A stretch of 64,000 nucleotides of DNA from an uncultured bacterium (GCA_964619725.1 CAZUFC010000029.1:1-64000), one strand, 5' to 3'; shown: positions 29,747 to 40,581, numbered from the stretch's first letter. Made by a program: numbers and translations. The notes: generated by a model from the letters alone, not told the origin.

Positions 29747-30773
29747 TCTTCATCACTCCCCATATGGCGGTAGCATCGTCATGAACTTTTAATCGAGGGT
29801 ATTTATCCCTGGTTTCATCTTTTAATTCAATGGCTCTCAGACGCCTCAGGTAAATTTTTAAACCTTGTTTCTTTATTATATTACGCATCCAGAGATACCG
29901 TCGTTTTTCCGTTATTTGAGTTTCATCCCATTGAGGTGGTCTTGGGAATCCATCTGTACAGAGCAGGAATTCTGATACGGAATCTAAAGACAGGCTTCCT
30001 GTTTGGATATAGTATTCCATTTGAGGAAGTCCGTTAATAACACCGACCCCAAGGTTTCTGTCTGGTCGGCCTGACTCGTCGATATAATTGTGATAGACGG
30101 CGAGATATTTATTCTTGCTTATTATTTCTGGGGCATTCAAAACATCCGATAAATGATTTGCATGTCTCACTTTTTGCAATTGTCTAGCCAATCTGATCAC
30201 TTTTTCATCATGCTTGCCCATCTGGTTTTCCGTAAGGCACATAAGGTCATCGTCGTCGTTAAAAATCGTTAACTCGGTATCACCAATATGTGCAAATTTC
30301 AGACTATTTTTTTTTATATTCAATTCCACGATTGTAGCAACGCAGACTGGAAGAGCAAGACGAATTAACCGCGGGTCCTGCCTTATAAAACTAAAACCCG
30401 GTTCTTCGCTGAAAAGTCCGTCTGCATAAACCCGTCTAAAAGCAAGATCGATTTCACTTCCCAGGTTTTTATTGGCCTTCAGCATTAATTTGCTTAGAGA
30501 AACAATTTCATTATTGTTTATCTCATTCTCAATAAAAACTTTTGTAAATCTTGCAGCGTATGCGGCAGCCGTAGCCTTATTGCCAAATTTGGCAAATAGT
30601 AATTTGAGTTTGTCAGTGGGGACTCGTTGAGATGCTCCGTCAATGACTCCGAGGTATATAACCGCGCCTTTTTCCACTATAAACCAGGCATCTTCATTGA
30701 CATTATCGTTGCCGGGTGATTTTTTGCTTATTACGGAGATTTTCACCGACTTGTGATCTAATTCACAATGCAT
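29739..30773 (-). CDS. PP2C/PPM-fold phosphatase-like protein
   Basis: NEDA, VIDGAS, AHIGDT, LLCTDGF and HDDAT metal-binding motifs; 8-bp overlap with the TIR gene. Confidence 0.82.
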   Translation of the reverse strand: MHCELDHKSVKISVISKKSPGNDNVNEDAWFIVEKGAVIYLGVIDGASQRVPTDKLKLLFAKFGNKATAAAYAARFTKVFIENEINNNEIVSLSKLMLKANKNLGSEIDLAFRRVYADGLFSEEPGFSFIRQDPRLIRLALPVCVATIVELNIKKNSLKFAHIGDTELTIFNDDDDLMCLTENQMGKHDEKVIRLARQLQKVRHANHLSDVLNAPEIISKNKYLAVYHNYIDESGRPDRNLGVGVINGLPQMEYYIQTGSLSLDSVSEFLLCTDGFPRPPQWDETQITEKRRYLWMRNIIKKQGLKIYLRRLRAIELKDETRDKYPRLKVHDDATAIWGVMKNE

Positions 30774-30907
30774 TTTATTTCCTGTTTTCAGAAGTCAAGG
30801 AATCATTCATTTGATTCTTTCGTTCGGGAGAATGAGAAAAAATTACAATAAAGAATATATCAGTCGCCTGCAGTAGAGTAAAGACAATAATCAGAGTTCA
30901 ACGGGAA

Positions 30908-31945
30908 TTAATACCTTTTCGGTCGTTTCGGATAACTCTGGAACGGCGTTCTCGGTTCGAGGCTGATCCAGTCGGAGGAATCATCGATATTCGAGAGTGA
31001 TCGCAGGAGGTCGAAAGTGAGCCAACGAGACGCGTTTGGATTGGCGGGGTATTCCCACAGTCCGAACGGACCTTGATTTTCTTTGATGAACTTTAACATA
31101 TCGGCTAATCTTTGATCGTTTTTATCGACGCCGATGAGTGCGCAGAGCTTTATGATCAGGGCAGGATCAAAACGGGCATGATAGGTCAGGAACCCCCTGT
31201 ATGGTTCCAGGCCGATTATTCTTGCTGTTTCGAAGCCCAGTGTGTGTTTCTCTTTGGATTCTCTTCCGAGGAGCAGGTCCAGCGCTTTTTGAGCGGAGGG
31301 ACTTTTTTTCAATTCAGGATGGCGGGCCAGGCAGCGCAAGACGGCTGTGGTATTAGATCGGCATCCCCACCGGGAATGCGCCAATTTTCGGTAACCGGCG
31401 ACTCGACCGTAGTTTCCGGATGCGATCCCGGTAGGCCAGGCGCCGTCCGGGAGACTCCGGTTAAGAAGCCACTCGAATGCTTTATCTGTTTCGGGAAGAG
31501 CCGTTTCTCCGCACATGACGAATCCCAGGAGAGGGATAGCGGTCTGAAGCGGAATCATGGAATATCCTTCTTTTGCCTCGTTTTCATCCCTGGAGTATGA
31601 CAGGGGCCAGGAACCGTCCTTGTTCTGTTTGGACAGGAGGTATTGCAGGGCTTTTTCAACAGGCGGGAAGTTTGAGTCGAAGCCGAGATAACCCATGCGA
31701 GTCAGGGCCTGGGCGGTTATGATTATTTTAGAACGATGAAAGCGTGATGCCATGCTTTCGAATGCCCCGTTTTTCTGTTGAAAGGGAATCAGTCGCTTGA
31801 TCAGATTGTCTTCGTAACGGAGTTTTTTCAGTTCTTTTATTTCTTCGTCATGCTCAGGCGATCTATTCATCAAGTCTTTCAGGACGAGACTTCTCAGGCA
31901 GGCCGATGGATCGGTCAAAAGCAGCGGTATTAAATTCATTTTCAT
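30908..31945 (-). CDS. Prenyltransferase/squalene-oxidase-repeat (alpha-alpha toroid) protein
   Basis: QW-like repeats QQKNGAF, YLLSKQNKDGSW, LPDGAW and NQGPFGLW. Confidence 0.75.
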   Translation of the reverse strand: MKMNLIPLLLTDPSACLRSLVLKDLMNRSPEHDEEIKELKKLRYEDNLIKRLIPFQQKNGAFESMASRFHRSKIIITAQALTRMGYLGFDSNFPPVEKALQYLLSKQNKDGSWPLSYSRDENEAKEGYSMIPLQTAIPLLGFVMCGETALPETDKAFEWLLNRSLPDGAWPTGIASGNYGRVAGYRKLAHSRWGCRSNTTAVLRCLARHPELKKSPSAQKALDLLLGRESKEKHTLGFETARIIGLEPYRGFLTYHARFDPALIIKLCALIGVDKNDQRLADMLKFIKENQGPFGLWEYPANPNASRWLTFDLLRSLSNIDDSSDWISLEPRTPFQSYPKRPKRY

Positions 31946-31991
31946 TTGGACTGAAGGATCAAGTTAAATTGAACCAGATCATTTTTCATTT

Positions 31992-34900
31992 TTAGATTAA
32001 ACTCCGTTCAAGCGCCTCCCGAATAAAAGGCGCTGTAGGCGTATTTCCATCGGCCAGCTCTTCAGGCGTTCCCTGAGCGATCAATTTGCCGCCGTCCGGA
32101 CCACCGCCGGGACCCAATTCGACAAGCCAGTCGCATATTGCAAGGAAATGGGGATGATGTTCTATGGCGATGACGGTATGGCCCTGTTCAACGAGACGGT
32201 GCAGCACATCAATTAATTTCTGAATGTCAGAGATATGCTGACCGACAGTCGGTTCATCCAGGATGTAAAGGGTGTCGGGTATGGTTTTACGGCCGAGTTC
32301 GCACGCTATTTTCAAGCGTTGCGCTTCCCCTCCTGAAAGAGCGTAACCGGGTTGGTCCATGACCAGGTAACCGAGTCCTACTTCCCTGGCTGTCGACAGG
32401 GGGCGAGCTATCTGATCTGTTTCGCCGAACAATTCGTAAACCTGGTCCAGGGTCAGACGCGATATTTCCGGCAATGATTTATTTTTTATTTTAATTTGCC
32501 GTATTTCCGGCGGATAACCCGTTCCATCGCATGTTTCGCATGTTTCATACACGTCCGGCAGGAAGCCCATATCCAGTTTTTTTCTGCCGGCGCCCCTGCA
32601 GGCTGAGCACGGCCGGGAAAGTTTACCCATGTCCAGACCCAATGCTTTGGCATCTTCGCTTTCAGCGAACAAACGGCGCAACCGGTTTTGCAGTTTAAGC
32701 TGTTTCGAAGGACTGGTGATGCCTGCTTTAGTCTGATCGATAATGATGACACGGGCCGGAGCTCCTTCTATCGCTCCATGCTTTCCGGGCATCAGGGGTT
32801 CATAAGCTACTGAAGTCGTGTGTTTTCTCGGCGCCAGCGCCCGTCCTATCGTATCGATCAGAAGGGTGCTTTTGCCTGATCCGGATACACCGCAAAGACC
32901 TGTCATTTTTTTCAGTGGGAATCGTAATTCATTTAATCGAAGGTTATTCTCGAAGGCTCTTTTGACGGTCATCCACCGGCGGCATTTCGGGTTCGATTTG
33001 CGGCGTTCAATCGTTATCTCTTTACGAAGCCACCGGGCCGTTGGAGTCTGATATCCATGCATCTGTTCGGGCGTTCCCTGTGCTGCAACGCGTCCGCCTG
33101 CAGCTCCCGCTCCGGGACCCATATCGATGATATGGTCGGCGGACTTAATGAATAGCGGATCATGTTCCACGACGATAACCGTATTATTGTCGTCTCTGAG
33201 TTGTTTCAAGGTATCGAGAAGAGACTCGACTTCAGACGGATGCATGCCTCGAGTCGGTTCGTCCAGAAGCAGGGTGAGAGAAGAGAGTTCGCTGCCCAGG
33301 AATCCGGCCAGTTTTATTCGCTGGGCCTCGCCGGCAGAAAGTTCGGCTGTAAGGCGATCCATGTTCAGATAACCGAGTCCTACCTTCATCAGAAAATTCA
33401 AGCGATTCAGCATCACTGAGATATTTTGACCGATAAGCGGGAGCAGGCGGTCGGGTAAAGGATACTTCTGTATAACATTGAACGCTTCGATCAGTGACAT
33501 CTGTTTTATTTCATGGATATTATAGCCGGCGAATTCAACGGCCAGATATTCAGGACGCAGCCTGGCGCCTTTGCATTCCGGACAGGGAACCGTTTCGGTA
33601 TAAGCGCCTCCTATGTCCCAATCTCTGATAAAACCGTAAAAACCCGGAAATTTGCATTTTCCTTCTTTAACGGTTCCGTTGCGGCTGTGAAAAACGGCCG
33701 TTAAAGGTTCATTATCACCGAAAAGAAAGGCTCGCTGCGCTTCAGGCGTCATTTCGTTCCAGGGAGTAGTATCCGGATTAAAACCGTAACGGCCGGCCAA
33801 TGCCTGGAGCATATCATAGCCCCCGTTGAAAGGTTTACACAAATAACCTTTCGGAAAGAACCCCGGGGAGTGCATGGCGCCTCTGCAGAGCGGTTTGCCG
33901 GGGTTTATGATCAGTTTATCTGGTTTTGGCATTTGAAGCGTCCCGATTCCATGGCATTTCAGGCAGGCTGCGGAGTAATTAACGGGTGAAAAGCGTCTGG
34001 GTTGGGCCGTTTGCGATTGATTTCCGCAACGAGGACATACCCAGGCAGCTTTCCTGGTCATAGCGACATTGCAATTTTCACATTTTTTAATTCCGGCGAA
34101 AGCAAAAATGATTTCGAGATGATGAGACAGCTCTGATGCCGATCCGACTGTCGATCTCCGGTCGAATCTTTTACGTTTTCCTTTGAGGCCCAGGGTGACG
34201 CCGAGTCCCTCAATGGAATCAGCCGGCGCTTCCGGCCCTTCTTTTGTACCCTGTCTTTCGTACAATGACAATGTTTCCAGGTAGCGCCGCATCGCTTCGG
34301 AATACAATACGTCGTCAACCAGGCTGGATTTGCCCGATCCCGATACTCCTGTAACGACCGTCAATGCAGACTTAGGAATATCCACATCGATATTCTTCAG
34401 GTTATGAATACTCGCTTTTCGAATTGAAATGACAGGCGCCGCAGTTCGCGGACGGCGCTTGTTATCCTGTTCTGGAGCAGGCCGAATCTGTTCTTCCTGC
34501 AATAAAGCCTTACCGGTTAATGATTCGTCTGCATACTCCATAAGGTCCCTGGCAGGTCCTACATAGAGCAGGCAGCCCCCCGCGTCGCCCGCTCCAGGAC
34601 CCAGGTCAATCGCCCAGTCAGCCGCACTGATCATGTCCGGATTATGTTCCACTATGACGATGGTCGCTCCCCTGCGGCACAGTTCGTCCAAAACCTTCAG
34701 CAATCCCGATATATCGTGCGGATGTAATCCCGTCGTGGGTTCATCCAGTATCAGCATTCTATCAGCTAATCTTTTCTGATTTAAATAACGGCCTAGTTTT
34801 ATCCGCTGTGATTCTCCTCCGGAAAGAGAAGGAGACGGCTGACCCAAAGGCAGATATCCCAAACCGATGTCACAAAGAGCTTTCAGGATGCGTTCGGCTT

Positions 34901-36914
34901 TTTTCTTTTCTTTTTTATCGAGTTTATCTGTTCGAAGAAACAACTCCCTGGCCTCTGAAACGCTCAATTCATAAAAATCGGCAATGGATAATTCCTTACC
35001 GTTAAAATCAACTTTTTCCGTTAATACCTCATCACTGAACCTTCGTCCTCCACATTCGCTGCATACCAGCCAGTCCGCGGCCAGATAACGCATCCGCACT
35101 TCTACTGAACCCAGTCCCTTGCACACGGGGCAGGCTCCTTCGGGCCTGTTGAATGAAAAATGAGCCGGCGATAGTCCCGTGGAGCCGGAGAACAAATCGC
35201 GTATCAGGTCAGAAAGTTTAGTGTAGGTGGCGGGATTGGATCGGGGATTCTTGCCTATAGGACTCTGGTCCGCTAATAATGGTCTCAGCGCCGGTCCTTC
35301 GAAAGAAATACATCCGACAGGTTTTTTTTTCTTCAAGGAAGCCGTTATGACATCCTCCGCCAGCGTGCTTTTTCCCGCACCGGATACTCCAGTAACAACG
35401 GTGATGTTTTTCAGGGGAATCTTGACGTCGATGTTACGCAAATTTCGCAAGAAGGCGCTTCGAATTATCACGAATTCTTCCGGTTCGGGTCGCTTTTCGG
35501 GGATGGATGCACGCTTTTTTAAACTGAAATACTCTCCCGTCACGGTATCTGATTTCCATAATCCTGCAGGAGAGCCGGCGTACTGTAAACGGCCTCCTTC
35601 TTTTCCAGTGCCGGGACCCAGTTCAACGGCGTAATCAGAGGCTGCTGCGGCTCTTCTGTCATGTTCAACAAAAATGACGGGTCCCTTTAAGCGATGAAAA
35701 ACCGAAATTATCCTGTCGATATTCACCGGATGTAATCCTATGGTCGGTTCATCCAGGACATACAGCATGTCCGATAACCGGCTGGTCAGAATGACGGCCA
35801 GCCTCACACGTTGCGATTCCCCGCGCGAAAGGGTGGGCGAGGGTCTGTCAAGAGTAAGATAATCCAGTCCGACGGAGCGTAAAGCTTCCAACCTCATCGT
35901 TATCTCCAGCAACAGACGATCGGCGGTTTCTGAACAGTCTGAACTTTTGAAAAGACTCAGAATTGTCTTCACATTGCTTCTCAACATGTCCCTGAAGCGC
36001 AGACCCTGCCAGAAAACAGAAGCAGCCGTGGGATGCATTCCTGTCTCGGTACACTTTTCGCACCCCCTGCCACGGCAGTGCGGACAGGCAGTATGAAAAT
36101 ACACGGGGGCCGGTTCGTCGAATAACTCACCGCATTCACTGCATGCCCTTGTATGGGAATAAAGCCGACTTTCACCGGATGTTTTTGCCATTACAGCATT
36201 GGAACCGAGTGACCAGGCTTTTTTTAATTCTTTGCGAAATTCTGCTGCATCGCTGTCCGGTCCGAAACGACCCAATTTAATAAATATACTGTGTTCCCCG
36301 AACGGATTTAAATCTTTATCCTGGAAAGCTTCACCATCTACTTCCAGCGAAGTCGCACCGAATTCCTTCGCTAAGAATCTGATTAATGTGCGATGACTCC
36401 CTTTCACCCGATTGACAAGCGGAGCCATAAGCTGAATGCTTGACTGGGATGAGTCCTTCAATAACCGGACGATAATTTCATCTTCCGTCATCACATTCAC
36501 TGCGGAACCGCATTTTGAGCACAGGCGTTCGCCGAAATGAGAATAAAAAAGCCGTAGAAAAGGATGCAATCCGCAGGCCGTAGCCAATGTAGAATGAGGA
36601 TTCCTGTTCAGAAGGTTCTGACTCAAAGAGACGCTGGGTCTCAGGCCGGTTATGCCTTCCACCTCGGCAGGACTTAAGCGCTTGTCCGCGGAACCCCCGG
36701 AAAATATCTCGTAAAAACGGCGACGCGATTCATGATGCAGAGTGTCGAAAATAAGCGATGTTTTTCCCGAACCGGATATGCCGGTTACGGCCGTCAGTCC
36801 GTCAGGAATATCCAGGCTTACTTCTTTCAGATTATGTTCGCTTGCCTTCCTGATATGTATGGTCATTGGTTCCTGCATCGCGGTTTGGGAATCCTGATGA
36901 TAATCCTTCATCAT
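31992..36914 (-). CDS. uvrA: Double-length UvrA-family ABC ATPase (four ABC domains)
   Basis: Four Walker A motifs (GISGSGKT, GVSGAGKS, GVSGSGKS twice), four signature motifs (LSRGESQR, LSGGESQR, LSAGEAQR, LSGGEAQR), four LDEPT motifs and multiple CxxC. Confidence 0.9.
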   Translation of the reverse strand: MMKDYHQDSQTAMQEPMTIHIRKASEHNLKEVSLDIPDGLTAVTGISGSGKTSLIFDTLHHESRRRFYEIFSGGSADKRLSPAEVEGITGLRPSVSLSQNLLNRNPHSTLATACGLHPFLRLFYSHFGERLCSKCGSAVNVMTEDEIIVRLLKDSSQSSIQLMAPLVNRVKGSHRTLIRFLAKEFGATSLEVDGEAFQDKDLNPFGEHSIFIKLGRFGPDSDAAEFRKELKKAWSLGSNAVMAKTSGESRLYSHTRACSECGELFDEPAPVYFHTACPHCRGRGCEKCTETGMHPTAASVFWQGLRFRDMLRSNVKTILSLFKSSDCSETADRLLLEITMRLEALRSVGLDYLTLDRPSPTLSRGESQRVRLAVILTSRLSDMLYVLDEPTIGLHPVNIDRIISVFHRLKGPVIFVEHDRRAAAASDYAVELGPGTGKEGGRLQYAGSPAGLWKSDTVTGEYFSLKKRASIPEKRPEPEEFVIIRSAFLRNLRNIDVKIPLKNITVVTGVSGAGKSTLAEDVITASLKKKKPVGCISFEGPALRPLLADQSPIGKNPRSNPATYTKLSDLIRDLFSGSTGLSPAHFSFNRPEGACPVCKGLGSVEVRMRYLAADWLVCSECGGRRFSDEVLTEKVDFNGKELSIADFYELSVSEARELFLRTDKLDKKEKKKAERILKALCDIGLGYLPLGQPSPSLSGGESQRIKLGRYLNQKRLADRMLILDEPTTGLHPHDISGLLKVLDELCRRGATIVIVEHNPDMISAADWAIDLGPGAGDAGGCLLYVGPARDLMEYADESLTGKALLQEEQIRPAPEQDNKRRPRTAAPVISIRKASIHNLKNIDVDIPKSALTVVTGVSGSGKSSLVDDVLYSEAMRRYLETLSLYERQGTKEGPEAPADSIEGLGVTLGLKGKRKRFDRRSTVGSASELSHHLEIIFAFAGIKKCENCNVAMTRKAAWVCPRCGNQSQTAQPRRFSPVNYSAACLKCHGIGTLQMPKPDKLIINPGKPLCRGAMHSPGFFPKGYLCKPFNGGYDMLQALAGRYGFNPDTTPWNEMTPEAQRAFLFGDNEPLTAVFHSRNGTVKEGKCKFPGFYGFIRDWDIGGAYTETVPCPECKGARLRPEYLAVEFAGYNIHEIKQMSLIEAFNVIQKYPLPDRLLPLIGQNISVMLNRLNFLMKVGLGYLNMDRLTAELSAGEAQRIKLAGFLGSELSSLTLLLDEPTRGMHPSEVESLLDTLKQLRDDNNTVIVVEHDPLFIKSADHIIDMGPGAGAAGGRVAAQGTPEQMHGYQTPTARWLRKEITIERRKSNPKCRRWMTVKRAFENNLRLNELRFPLKKMTGLCGVSGSGKSTLLIDTIGRALAPRKHTTSVAYEPLMPGKHGAIEGAPARVIIIDQTKAGITSPSKQLKLQNRLRRLFAESEDAKALGLDMGKLSRPCSACRGAGRKKLDMGFLPDVYETCETCDGTGYPPEIRQIKIKNKSLPEISRLTLDQVYELFGETDQIARPLSTAREVGLGYLVMDQPGYALSGGEAQRLKIACELGRKTIPDTLYILDEPTVGQHISDIQKLIDVLHRLVEQGHTVIAIEHHPHFLAICDWLVELGPGGGPDGGKLIAQGTPEELADGNTPTAPFIREALERSLI

Positions 36915-37135
36915 TTTAGCCTTTCGATTTCACATTTTTCAATTATTTGACATTTAAAAAACAAAATAATAGAGTTTTAGATGTCGTATTTTTTTGAATT
37001 CGGCGTCGATCCCCTTGTCGGAATAATTTTGAAACCTGATGATAGAAAAAAATAACATGGGCGGATATGAGTAACTTTTTTGTGTTTGATGTATTTATAA
37101 TGCAATAAAAATAAGCGTTAAAGGCTAGAAGAACC

Positions 37136-39466
37136 GTGAGGAAAAAACTGGGGGAAACAAATGAAAAGCATCGCCTGCTCATAAGGCAGGTGGAACATTT
37201 ATACGTCAATGCGCCGATAGGATTCGCGGCTTCTATGATCAATGCTTTTATACTGGCCGTCATTCAATGGAATGTAATTGATCGAAAGGTGATATTGGTA
37301 TGGTTTGCGAGTCTGGCGTTGACGACGGGCCTCAGGTACTATTTTTATCAAAGGTTTAAAATCAGCGTTCTGGATGAACATAATATAAATCAGCGAAAGA
37401 ATGTTTTCATCGCTGGTATTGCGATCTCGGGAATAATATGGGGCGCCGGCGGGGTTTTATTGTTTTCTGGGGAAGCTGTGGCTCATCAGCTTATTCTGGC
37501 TTTAGTTCTGGGGGGAATGGTTTCCGGCGCTGCATCCGCTTTTTCTGCAGTGTTATTCGCGTTTGCTGCTTTCAGCTTACCCGCTTTATTGCCTATAATC
37601 GTGAAATTTTTGTCTTTGCCGGGCGAAGTGCACAAAGCTATGGGGCTGATGTCTATTTTGTTCGGAGTTTTGACCTTTATGGCAGCCGTTAATATGCATA
37701 AAACGATGAAGAAGGCTTTTCGGCTGCAATTCGAAAACGCAGATTTGGTTCAATATTTATCCAGGGCAAAAAAGCAAGCGGACAAGGTCAATCAGGAGCT
37801 GGAAACGGAGATACAGGAACGAAAGAAAGCTGAGGCGGAGTTGACGGAGCATCAGAAGACGCTTGAAAAAAAGGTATTGGATCGGACGAGAGAATTAAAG
37901 GACATTAATGAAAAACTCAAGGCAAAAATTGAAGATAAGGAGAGGATCGAAAGGGCGCTGAGGGAATCGGAAAAAAAATACAGACTGCTCATCAATCATG
38001 CCGAGGATGCCGTCCTGATAACCAATCAGGGATATATAGAATTCACGAATCCTGCAGCGGAAAGAATCTTCGGGTATTCCGCGGAGGAGCTCAGGAGTAT
38101 CCCTCTAAAATATCTGATTCATCCGGACGATTGTGAGACCGTGAAGAAGCGTAGTTTTTCGGGTGCTGGAAGCGCTGAATCTCCAAAAATATACTCTCTC
38201 AGAATGCTCCATAAATCGGGGAAAGAGGTTTGGGCCGACATTGCTTCCGCTTCGATTTACAGGAAGGGCATGCCCGCGGAACTGAACTTCATCAGGGACA
38301 TTACCGAAAAGAAGCGACTTGAATCGAAAACAGATTTAGTTCAAAGAATGGAGTCAGTCGGAACCCTGGTTGGGGGAATAGCCAATGATTTCAATAACCT
38401 TCTTATGGGGATTCTTGGTTATGTCAGTCTTCTGAAGTACGATCTGATCCATGATCAGAAACTTATGGATAGATTGAACAATATAGAGGAATACGCACAA
38501 AGCGGCGCTAGATTGACCAAACAACTGTCGGGAATGGCCGGCGCCGGTAAACACAGGATTCAGCCAGTAGACGTTAATGAAATAATAGAAAAAACATCTG
38601 AACTTTTTGCCCGGACGAAAAAGCAAATCAGGATCATCAAAAATTTAAAAAATGAAATCGGGTACATTAACGCGGACAGGCGTCAAATCGAACAGGCGCT
38701 GATGGATATTTACGCCGGTATTGCAGAAAGAAAAAATGAAAATGCTGAAATTTCACTGAATACGGAAGTCGTTTCTTTACCACCCGAACAGGCAGAAATG
38801 TATGATGTGGACCCCGGTCGTTTCGTGGTCATTTCAATCGATCACAAAGATCACGGTTTGAGTGAACAAAATATCGAAAATTTCCTGGGAACTCCCGGAA
38901 CGCTCAAACAAAAAGCAAAGACTGCGGGTCTCGGACTAGCTTCAATTTACGGTATAATAAGAAATCATAAAGGTTTCATCAAAATAATGCATGGTGAAAA
39001 ACAGTGCGAGGCGTTCTACATTTATTTGCCTCTGATCGATTACAGCGATGATCTTATGCAGGAGGAAAAGAAACGAATTCAGCCCGGCGCCGGAACTGTT
39101 ATGATCATTGATGATGAAGAGATGATTATCAATGTAGTCGGCAACATGTTGCATAAACTGGGTTTTAAAACGATTGGAGCGCAGAGCGGAAAAGAGGCCA
39201 TACGAATCCTCAGCGAAAAAAAAGATCAAATCGATCTTGTGATTCTGGACGTTATTATGCCCGATATGGATGGAAAACAAACCTGGTTGAATCTCAAAAA
39301 AATTGATCCAGATATTAAAATACTGATTACAAGCGGATTGCATTCTGAAGAAAAACAGCTCGATGATTCTCTGATGAAAAATGAATCCTTTATCCAAAAA
39401 CCGTTCACTATTGAACAATTGTCCGAAAAACTGAATATGAAACTGGAATTTTTCCCGCAGGCTTAA
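37136..39466 (+). CDS. Membrane PAS hybrid histidine-kinase-like protein with a degenerate kinase core and intact receiver
   Basis: Several TM helices, coiled coil, PAS domain (IHPDD...RDITEKK), H-box GGIANDFNNLL lacking the His, receiver IIDDE/ILDVIMPDMDG/QKPF. Confidence 0.85.
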   Translation: MRKKLGETNEKHRLLIRQVEHLYVNAPIGFAASMINAFILAVIQWNVIDRKVILVWFASLALTTGLRYYFYQRFKISVLDEHNINQRKNVFIAGIAISGIIWGAGGVLLFSGEAVAHQLILALVLGGMVSGAASAFSAVLFAFAAFSLPALLPIIVKFLSLPGEVHKAMGLMSILFGVLTFMAAVNMHKTMKKAFRLQFENADLVQYLSRAKKQADKVNQELETEIQERKKAEAELTEHQKTLEKKVLDRTRELKDINEKLKAKIEDKERIERALRESEKKYRLLINHAEDAVLITNQGYIEFTNPAAERIFGYSAEELRSIPLKYLIHPDDCETVKKRSFSGAGSAESPKIYSLRMLHKSGKEVWADIASASIYRKGMPAELNFIRDITEKKRLESKTDLVQRMESVGTLVGGIANDFNNLLMGILGYVSLLKYDLIHDQKLMDRLNNIEEYAQSGARLTKQLSGMAGAGKHRIQPVDVNEIIEKTSELFARTKKQIRIIKNLKNEIGYINADRRQIEQALMDIYAGIAERKNENAEISLNTEVVSLPPEQAEMYDVDPGRFVVISIDHKDHGLSEQNIENFLGTPGTLKQKAKTAGLGLASIYGIIRNHKGFIKIMHGEKQCEAFYIYLPLIDYSDDLMQEEKKRIQPGAGTVMIIDDEEMIINVVGNMLHKLGFKTIGAQSGKEAIRILSEKKDQIDLVILDVIMPDMDGKQTWLNLKKIDPDIKILITSGLHSEEKQLDDSLMKNESFIQKPFTIEQLSEKLNMKLEFFPQA

Positions 39467-40275
39467 CCCTCAGAACTCATTTTTTGCAGCTTCTCGGCAG
39501 GTTCCGAAGAGTTCATTATTATATTGCCGTTTTCCCATAGCGTTCTTTTTTCAATGTTTGCCGATTCGTCGTACGTTATTTCCCAACCATCTTTTACGCC
39601 GTTCAGCCATTGCGCTTCCCGGACAATGTTCCCGGATTCAGAATATTCCCTTTCAAATCCCTGAGCTATGCCGTTTTCCCAATAGATCACCCAATATAAT
39701 TTTCCATTAGGATAACGCCAGGACTCCTTGCCGTGTTTTTTATCCTTTTTGAAATGAATCTCTTTATCATAAGCGTGCGTTTTTTCGTACACTGTTTCAT
39801 AATCCTTGAGGATGGAAATTGAATCTTTCTCCCACAATACTTCTCTTATCTTTTCGCCGTTTTCGTTATAAACCGTCTCCCAACCCTCTTTATAACCGTT
39901 TTCCCAATGAAGCTCGCGCTGAATCGCTCCCGATTCGAAATACTGCTTTTCGGCGCCATGCGCGAAACCCTCCTTCCAGCTAGTTTCCCATTCCACATGT
40001 CCGTTCTGAAAATACCAACTCTCCTTCCCATCCTTCAACTCGCCCGAATAATGTATCTCTTTACGAAGCGATCCATCCTCGTAATACTCCCGTTCCACTC
40101 GAACTTCATCCTCATCCTGCTCAACGGATTCCCCGACATTTTTGCCCCCTGATTCAGAAACTTGCTCGGCAGCTTCTGAGATTTTCGACTCTTTTTCTTC
40201 CCCTTCTTCCGCGAAAATTCCAGGACAAGAAACCATCATTATAACGATCAATAAACATTTTAATTGGCCTGACAT
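39463..40275 (-). CDS. Exported MORN-variant repeat protein (YwqK-like)
   Basis: Signal-like N-terminus and repeated YY.NG......W..G...G units. Confidence 0.8.
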   Translation of the reverse strand: MSGQLKCLLIVIMMVSCPGIFAEEGEEKESKISEAAEQVSESGGKNVGESVEQDEDEVRVEREYYEDGSLRKEIHYSGELKDGKESWYFQNGHVEWETSWKEGFAHGAEKQYFESGAIQRELHWENGYKEGWETVYNENGEKIREVLWEKDSISILKDYETVYEKTHAYDKEIHFKKDKKHGKESWRYPNGKLYWVIYWENGIAQGFEREYSESGNIVREAQWLNGVKDGWEITYDESANIEKRTLWENGNIIMNSSEPAEKLQKMSSEG

Positions 40276-40581
40276 TGAAAACTCCTTCCAACTTGAAAAA
40301 TCCTCACCTGCGCTTCATTCTTATCTTTTAAGTCATATTAAAGTCGTTTGTCAACAGGAATTACTTCCGTTGCTTGTTCGGATTTGCCGTATTTTCGGAT
40401 ATCTTTTGTAGCGAAACAGGATAAAATTTGCTTTATAATCTTGACTTGACGAAATTGAGTCAATAAAATATGAAAGAAGAAAATCTTCTGAGATTCAGAA
40501 TGGGTATGGGTTGCGGCAATTAGGAAGAGCAGATTCGAAAATAAAGGATAAAAAATCCAAGAATGAGTAACAAGCTGCTGA

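Noticed and set aside
39463-40275. YwqK-type antitoxin of a toxin-immunity pair
   Set aside because: Only generic MORN-variant repeats with a signal-like N-terminus; no adjacent toxin gene.
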